Assembly (NCBI GenBank): GCA_030765335.1
Contig: JAVCCU010000025.1
Span: 6,784-70,783, forward strand
Source: Candidatus Kaelpia aquatica
GTDB lineage: Bacteria > Omnitrophota > Gorgyraeia > Kaelpiales > Kaelpiaceae
Direction of reading: 5' to 3'
DNA length: 64,000 nucleotides
Of this stretch, positions 58,322 to 64,000 are shown one piece after another (the first letter of the stretch is position 1; each line of letters starts with the position of its first letter). A program made the position numbers and the translations under genes. The notes below the pieces were generated by a model. The model saw nothing but the letters and a program-made list of their open reading frames with translations, was not told the DNA's origin and made no database searches.

Positions 58322-59545
58322 ATGAAGCGTTTTACTTTCCATAAACCGGAACTAGTTGTCCCTGCCGGTGACTGGCCATCTTTAATTACGGCTGCCGAGA
58401 ATGGGGCAGATAGTATTTACTTCGGTATCCAAGGATTAAATATGCGTGAACGCGCCTCCAATTTTAAGATTTCAGATTTAAAAAAGATTATGCGATTGTT
58501 GCATCAGAAGAAGGTCAAAGGGTACCTTGCTCTCAATGTTGTAGTTATGAACGATGAGCTAAAAAGAGTAGAAAGAGTTCTGCTAAAGGCTAAGGAGAGC
58601 AATGTTGATGCTGTAATAGCATGGGATATGGCCGTTATCTCCTTAGCGAAAAGAATAGGATTAAAGATCCATCTCTCAACTCAAGCCAGTATCTCTAATA
58701 TTGAAGCAATAAAATATTACAATAGATTAGGTATTAAGAGGGTTGTTTTGGCGCGGGAATGCAGTCTCTCTGATATGAGAAAGATTAAAGTTTTAATAAA
58801 AAAAGAAAATTTAGATACTCAAATAGAGACTTTTATCCATGGCGCGATGTGTGTCAGTATATCGGGCAGGTGTTTTTTATCCGAGCATTCTTATGGAGAG
58901 TCTGCAAATAGAGGCAGGTGTCTGCAGCCTTGCAGGCGTGAGTTCATTATAAAAGAGAGACAGGGTGATTTAGAGTATATCTTAGGCAAAGACTATATCT
59001 TAAGCCCAAAAGATTTATGTACGATAGATTTTATAGATAGCCTAATAAGAGCAGAGATAGATGCCTTTAAGATTGAAGGTAGGATGCGTTCTCCAGAGTA
59101 TATAAAGATTGTGGTCTCTGTCTATAGGGAGGCTATAGATGCTTTTTATGAAAATAGGCTAAGTGAATCTTTAAAGAGAAGGCTTAAGAAAGAACTTAAG
59201 AGTGTATATAATAGAGGATTTTCAGATGGATTTTATTTTAAAAGTCCTGATGGAGATATAAGCAAGCGTTTAGAGCACCTCTATGAGAAGATATACTTGG
59301 GTGAGGTTAAAAAGTTTTATCCTAAGATCTCTGTTGCAGAGATATTAGTCCAAGCTGGACCTCTGAAGAAGGATGACGAGTTATTATTTGTAGGTAAAAG
59401 TACTCCAGTTCAATTTGTAAAAGCATCTGAGATTCAGCAAGAGCATAAATATGTAACTCGAGTCAAGAAAGGCGAATTAGCTGGAATCAAGGTTCCTTTC
59501 AAGGTTAGGTTAGGTGATAAGGTTTATGCTTGGAGAAAAAAATAG
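58322..59545 (+). CDS. peptidase U32 family protein (Fe-S, probable RNA hydroxylase)
   Basis: PELVVPAG, HLSTQ, LARE, HGAMCVSISGRC, ANRGRCLQPCR, FKIEGR. Confidence 0.9.
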   Translation: MKRFTFHKPELVVPAGDWPSLITAAENGADSIYFGIQGLNMRERASNFKISDLKKIMRLLHQKKVKGYLALNVVVMNDELKRVERVLLKAKESNVDAVIAWDMAVISLAKRIGLKIHLSTQASISNIEAIKYYNRLGIKRVVLARECSLSDMRKIKVLIKKENLDTQIETFIHGAMCVSISGRCFLSEHSYGESANRGRCLQPCRREFIIKERQGDLEYILGKDYILSPKDLCTIDFIDSLIRAEIDAFKIEGRMRSPEYIKIVVSVYREAIDAFYENRLSESLKRRLKKELKSVYNRGFSDGFYFKSPDGDISKRLEHLYEKIYLGEVKKFYPKISVAEILVQAGPLKKDDELLFVGKSTPVQFVKASEIQQEHKYVTRVKKGELAGIKVPFKVRLGDKVYAWRKK

Positions 59546-59589
59546 ATATTGACAGTAAAATTGATAGACTAGAAAATATTATTTAAGAT

Positions 59590-59806
59590 ATGGAAGCCTT
59601 AAATAGTTTAGGAGTATTGCTTGGAAGACCCTGGTCTTAGGAGTCAATCTTTATCTTACCGTTGCTGGCCTGGGTATATTAAATAGGATTGGCGCGGCAA
59701 GTCTGCCTGGCTAGTCTTGGTACTCTTTCTAACCCTTATCATAGGACTTGCTGTTATTATGTATCTCGTTGAGTTTTTTGCAGAAAAAATTCCATATCTT
59801 GATTCT
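59590..59806 (+). pseudogene. DUF4126-like membrane protein remnant with several frameshifts
   Basis: fragments MEALNSLGVLLG / GVNLYLTVAGLG / LVEFFAEKIPYLDS in different frames. Confidence 0.65.
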
Positions 59807-59985
59807 GATCTTATTGCTCTTAATATTTCGTATGCCTGAAATGCATTGTAGAATATTTTTATGCAAAAGGTTGTTCAAATGAGAGTTAAGTAATGATGCA
59901 AGATAAAATCTAAGTTATTATGATGGAGAAATGTAAACCATTATTACGATAAATTTGATTTATTAAATGTAGATAAGGGTGAAAT

Positions 59986-60258
59986 CTACTTTTTAACCTT
60001 TGCTTGATTCAATAAAGATTGTAGTCGAGATATATGACGTGAAGCTTTGTTCTTATGGATAATATTCTTGCTTCCAGCCTGCATTAATCTTTTCTCAAGT
60101 TCTTTAAAATATTCTTCAGCCTCTGGCAACTTATTTTTACTTACCAGTTCTCTGAATTTTTTAATCTTAGTCTTGAGCTCTGATTTTACAGTTTTGTTTC
60201 CAGCTTCTCTTTTTATGTTTTGCTTTAATCTTTTACAGGCAGACTTTAAATTCGGCAT
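59986..60258 (-). CDS. rpsT: 30S ribosomal protein S20 (start revised)
   Basis: MPNLKSACKR...IIHKNKASRHISRL; GGAGG RBS. Confidence 0.95.
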   Translation of the reverse strand: MPNLKSACKRLKQNIKREAGNKTVKSELKTKIKKFRELVSKNKLPEAEEYFKELEKRLMQAGSKNIIHKNKASRHISRLQSLLNQAKVKK

Positions 60259-60342
60259 TGTAAAACCTCCAATTTTGGAACAAAATATAGCATATATCAT
60301 TTCGGTTTGTCAAACAATTTAAATTGGTGTATAAGAATAAAC

Positions 60343-61878
60343 ATGTTTAAACAGATATTGAGGAAGTCTTTTACGATTGGAACAGCCACTTTTATCAGCA
60401 GGATATTGGGGTTTGTACGAGATGTTTTAATTGCTTTTTTCTTTGGGACTGGTTATGGGGCTCAGGCTTTTGTTGTGGCTTTTCGCCTTCCAAATATTTG
60501 GCGCAGCTTTGTTGGGGAGGAGGCGGTTAATGCTGCGGTTGTCCCGGTTTTGTCTGAATATAGAGCTAAGGAGGATTTAGATAATTTTAAGAGTCTATCC
60601 AAGTCTCTTATAAAGTCTTCTGCATTTATCTTAATTTTGATTACTGTAGGTGGGGTTTTTTTTGCTCCATTGTTAATTAAGTTAATAGCGCCTGGCTTTA
60701 TAGCTGATATCCAAAAATATGTTCTTTCCGTTAAATTGACCAGGGTAATATTCCCCTATGTGTTTCTTATAGGGTTAACGGCTATGGTGGCTGGAATTGC
60801 AATATCTCAAAGAATATTCTGGAGCTACTCCTGGGCCTCTGCTGCTTTAAATATCTCTATTATATCCAGCATTCTTTTCTTAGGCAGAAGATACGGAGTC
60901 TATGCATTAGCTTTTGGAATAATAATAGGCGGCATCATTGAGCTTTTGATGCAGTTTTTTGCTATAAGAGGGAAAGGAATATATAGAGCAAAGGCTAGGA
61001 TGTTCCATCCAGAGTACGGCAGGATTTGGAAGCTGCTGCTTCCTAGGTTTCTTGGTGCAGGAGTCTATCAAGTCAGTATATTCATAGATACTATCTTAGC
61101 CTCTCTTCAATCTATTGTAGGCTCTGGTGCTATTGCAGCTCTATATTATGCTCAGAGATTCGTGCAGCTACCTTTGGCTGTTTTTGCTACCTCTCTTGCA
61201 ACTGCGGCATTGCCTTTCTTCTCTGCCAGGAGAACAAAAAATGAAAGTGCATCTATAGGAGATAATCTAATTCTCTCTTTAAGGTTTGTAGCCTTTATTA
61301 TGATACCGGCAACGTTCGGGTTTTTTATTTTGGCAAAAGAGATAATATCTGTTGTTTTTCAACACGGAAGTTTTTCAAGCTATTCCACAGCTATAACATC
61401 TAGCGCTTTGAGGTTCTATGCTTTAGGTTTGCTATTTTATGCGGGGATAAAGATCCTCGTTGTTACTTTCTATTCTATGCAGGATACTTTGACGCCAGTT
61501 AAGATTTCGATAATATCTTTAGCTATAAATATAGTAGGTAGTGTTGCCTTAATGTTTTCAATGAAAATCTCAGGCCTATGTCTTGCTACCTCTTTTGCTG
61601 CAAGTTGCAATTTCACCTTGCTGTTTCTGGCTTTAAATAAAAAGATAAAGTTCTATAATAAAAATTTTATTATAGGCATTCTAAAGATCTTGCTCTGTTC
61701 TGTTATTATGGCCGGAACCCTGCTATTTACTAAAAAACTGTTTTTTGAAAACATCTCTTCAGATATCTTGGCTCTTATCTCTCTGATATCACTATCAATA
61801 TTTGCCTATCTACTTTCAAGCCTTTTTATAAACAACGAAGACTTACGGAAATTTATATGGTGCAGCAAGAAAGAATAG
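60343..61878 (+). CDS. murJ: lipid II flippase MurJ (start revised)
   Basis: SRILGFVRD, AFRLPN, YYAQRFVQLP, FYSMQDTLTP; divergent from rpsT. Confidence 0.94.
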   Translation: MFKQILRKSFTIGTATFISRILGFVRDVLIAFFFGTGYGAQAFVVAFRLPNIWRSFVGEEAVNAAVVPVLSEYRAKEDLDNFKSLSKSLIKSSAFILILITVGGVFFAPLLIKLIAPGFIADIQKYVLSVKLTRVIFPYVFLIGLTAMVAGIAISQRIFWSYSWASAALNISIISSILFLGRRYGVYALAFGIIIGGIIELLMQFFAIRGKGIYRAKARMFHPEYGRIWKLLLPRFLGAGVYQVSIFIDTILASLQSIVGSGAIAALYYAQRFVQLPLAVFATSLATAALPFFSARRTKNESASIGDNLILSLRFVAFIMIPATFGFFILAKEIISVVFQHGSFSSYSTAITSSALRFYALGLLFYAGIKILVVTFYSMQDTLTPVKISIISLAINIVGSVALMFSMKISGLCLATSFAASCNFTLLFLALNKKIKFYNKNFIIGILKILLCSVIMAGTLLFTKKLFFENISSDILALISLISLSIFAYLLSSLFINNEDLRKFIWCSKKE

Positions 61879-63266
61879 CTAGGCTTCCTGATTCATCCGG
61901 AGTCTATATTTTTAAAGATAAGAAAAATGAGATTATCTATATAGGTAAGGCTAAATCAATATTAAAAAGAGTCCGCAGTCATTTTTATTCCAAAAATATT
62001 AACTCAAAGGGTGAGAAGTTAATTTCTAGAGTAAGAGATATTGATTTTATTATCACTGCTTCTGAAGCTGAAGCACTATTGCTTGAATCATATCTTATTA
62101 AAAAAGAGAAGCCTTTTTACAATATAAGCTTAAGGGATGATAAATCTTACCCTTATCTTAAGATCACGCTTAAAGATGATTTTCCGCGTATCTTGATAAC
62201 TCGCAATAAGAACAAAGATGGATCGCTTTATCTAGGTCCTTATCCAGATGCTAAGGGATTGAAAATGACTCTTAAAACATTAAGAGAGATTATCTCTTTT
62301 AGGAGCTGTAGGAAATTTAATAAGAATGGCTGCCTCTATCTACATATAGGCTTCTGTCCTGGGCCTTGCCTGGAGAAGATAAGCAAAACAGAGTATCGCA
62401 GAAATATTTTAATTGCAGTGAAGACTCTTCTTGGAGATAGAGAAGGAGTCATAAAGGATTTAACAGAAGAGATGGATGGCTATGTTAAAAAAAGAGAATA
62501 CGAGAAAGCTGCTAAATCGCGGGATAGACTGAGGTTTCTGGGGAATAGTTCAGGTATCTTTGGTCTTAGTGGAGGGATTAATGTATTAGAGAATATAAAG
62601 AGTATACTGAATCTCCCTAAAGTACCCCGTATTATTGATGCTGTGGATATTTCCAATGTATCTGGTACTTCTGCAGCCGGCGCCGTGATTAGATTTAAAG
62701 ACGGGGTTAAAGATAGAGAGCTCTATCGCAAATTTAGACTGAAAAAACAGAACTTTATAGATGATTATGAGATGATGGCTGAAGTTGTACTGAGGCGCTA
62801 TAGAGATCTTTTTAAGAAAAAAGAAGATTTACCCGATCTTATCATGCTTGATGGCGGCAAGGGTCACTTGAATAGAATTGGTGCGATTATTGATAAGGAT
62901 TTTGAAATAGATATACCTCTGATTGCCTATGCTAAAGGAAGAGATCTTATTCACTCCAGATATAGGAAAATCCCTATTGCTCTGCCTCAGAACTCTTTGG
63001 AGAAGAATTTACTTATTAGAATAAGAGATGAGGCTCATAGATTTGCTATTGGATACCATAGAAGTTTAAGAGGGAAGAGAATGAAAGAGACTGCTTTTGA
63101 AAATATACCTGGAGTCGGTATATCTAAAGTCAATGCTGTTTTAAGGTATCTCAGTGATTTAGGCTGTTATGAAAATATATCGGTTTCAGATTTAAAAAGA
63201 ATCAAAGGTATCGGCGATATGCTTGCAGAGAGGATGTATGATTACGTTAAAAAGAGAGGAGCTTAA
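61857..63266 (+). CDS. uvrC: excinuclease ABC subunit C (compact)
   Basis: GIY-YIG GVY...YIGKAK, DDKSYPY, UVR domain, DISN, DGGKG, RDEAHRFA, HhH. Confidence 0.94.
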   Translation: MVQQERIARLPDSSGVYIFKDKKNEIIYIGKAKSILKRVRSHFYSKNINSKGEKLISRVRDIDFIITASEAEALLLESYLIKKEKPFYNISLRDDKSYPYLKITLKDDFPRILITRNKNKDGSLYLGPYPDAKGLKMTLKTLREIISFRSCRKFNKNGCLYLHIGFCPGPCLEKISKTEYRRNILIAVKTLLGDREGVIKDLTEEMDGYVKKREYEKAAKSRDRLRFLGNSSGIFGLSGGINVLENIKSILNLPKVPRIIDAVDISNVSGTSAAGAVIRFKDGVKDRELYRKFRLKKQNFIDDYEMMAEVVLRRYRDLFKKKEDLPDLIMLDGGKGHLNRIGAIIDKDFEIDIPLIAYAKGRDLIHSRYRKIPIALPQNSLEKNLLIRIRDEAHRFAIGYHRSLRGKRMKETAFENIPGVGISKVNAVLRYLSDLGCYENISVSDLKRIKGIGDMLAERMYDYVKKRGA

Positions 63267-63447
63267 GAAGTCTCTTAAGAGTTACTGCTAAAGCTATGTC
63301 AGGGAATCTCTATCCTTTTAAAGAACTTTTAATCTCAAAGCGTCCAAAATATGTTACACTACTTAGAAGTTACTATGTTTGGAAAAAAGAGTAAAATCCG
63401 CTATAATAAAGAAGCGTAAATAAATATTATGATCCATTGGAGGAGAT

Positions 63448-64000
63448 ATGAGAGATGAATTAATGCAAAGAGCAGCAGGGCTTAAAGAGAGATTTCAAGA
63501 ACTGCGAGGTTTTCTTTAACCTGGATAAAAAGAACAACTATATAGCAGAGATAGAAAAAAAGATGTCTCAGCCTGGATTCTGGGATCAGGGCTCCAAAAA
63601 TACCAGCATTCTTAAAGAGCTAAAAATTCTTAAAGAGAGTGTTGAGGGCTTTAAGTTCCTAGAGAGAGAATTACGAGATTTAGAGGAGTTGATTGGCATA
63701 TCGACGGATGAGGAGAGCAGCTCCTTGTCTAAAGAGCTGAATAAAGTTGAGTCAGAGATTGATAGGTTGGAGTTTAAGATTTATCTAAGTGAACCCTATG
63801 ATTCTGGTAATGCTATAATTTCAATCCATGCCGGTGCTGGTGGTACAGAGTCTTGTGATTGGGCTCAGATGTTAATTAGGATGTATTCTAGGTGGGTTGA
63901 AAAAAAAGGGTATAAGATAGAGATGCTGGATGTTTTAGAAGGTGAAGAGGCTGGTATTAAAAGGGCTACTTTTATTATAAAAGGCGATTATGTCTATGGT
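63448..64000 (+). CDS. prfB: peptide chain release factor 2 (programmed +1 frameshift; runs off window end)
   Basis: GGAGG RBS, 23-codon ORF1 ending GGT TTT CTT TAA; +1 frame NLDKK...PGFWD...HAGAGGTESCDWAQML. Confidence 0.95.
63505..63520 (+). other. RF2 +1 ribosomal frameshift cassette, UAA variant
   Basis: CGAGGT (internal SD) TTT CTT TAA C. Confidence 0.9.

Noticed and set aside
328-60322. Numerous 60-134 aa ORFs antisense to or nested in housekeeping genes
   Set aside because: Shadow ORFs within well-supported genes, with no motifs or RBS.

Overview
AT-rich bacterial chromosome segment (standard code 11) from an anaerobic diderm. The gene set (BamD-like 'FWIWTPETGKWINP' protein-lptE-holA, Bcd/EtfAB with a ferredoxin-fused EtfA, GTP-PEPCK, two-subunit Fe-S fumarase) suggests Ca. 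Omnitrophota/PVC, which is inference only. Most of the window is housekeeping: glgP, pncA, pduO, nth, amrS, argCJB, pckG, greA, murI, queDCE, rph, rdgB, rpoN, nucleotide-sugar genes, feoAB, carB, rpsT, murJ, uvrC and prfB. Three accessory zones interrupt it. (i) A secreted, degenerate GH144/Cgs-like protein at 15.9-17.4 kb. (ii) A 7.4-kb cluster of orphan secreted proteins at 27.3-34.7 kb, two of which share a near-identical 149-bp leader cassette on unrelated bodies. (iii) A tRNA-Ser(GGA) hotspot with two tandem integrase-less mini-islands, each closed by a homologous 168-bp att-end module; their cargo is a 38-aa-repeat pseudogene and a Fic gene behind an operator array. Other notable items are a LysW-like Zn-ribbon/rpoN/sensor-less enhancer-binding-protein unit facing a PilZ gene, a loop-deleted (CC-adding-type) tRNA nucleotidyltransferase, several apparently leaderless genes, and a prfB +1 frameshift site that uses UAA instead of UGA.
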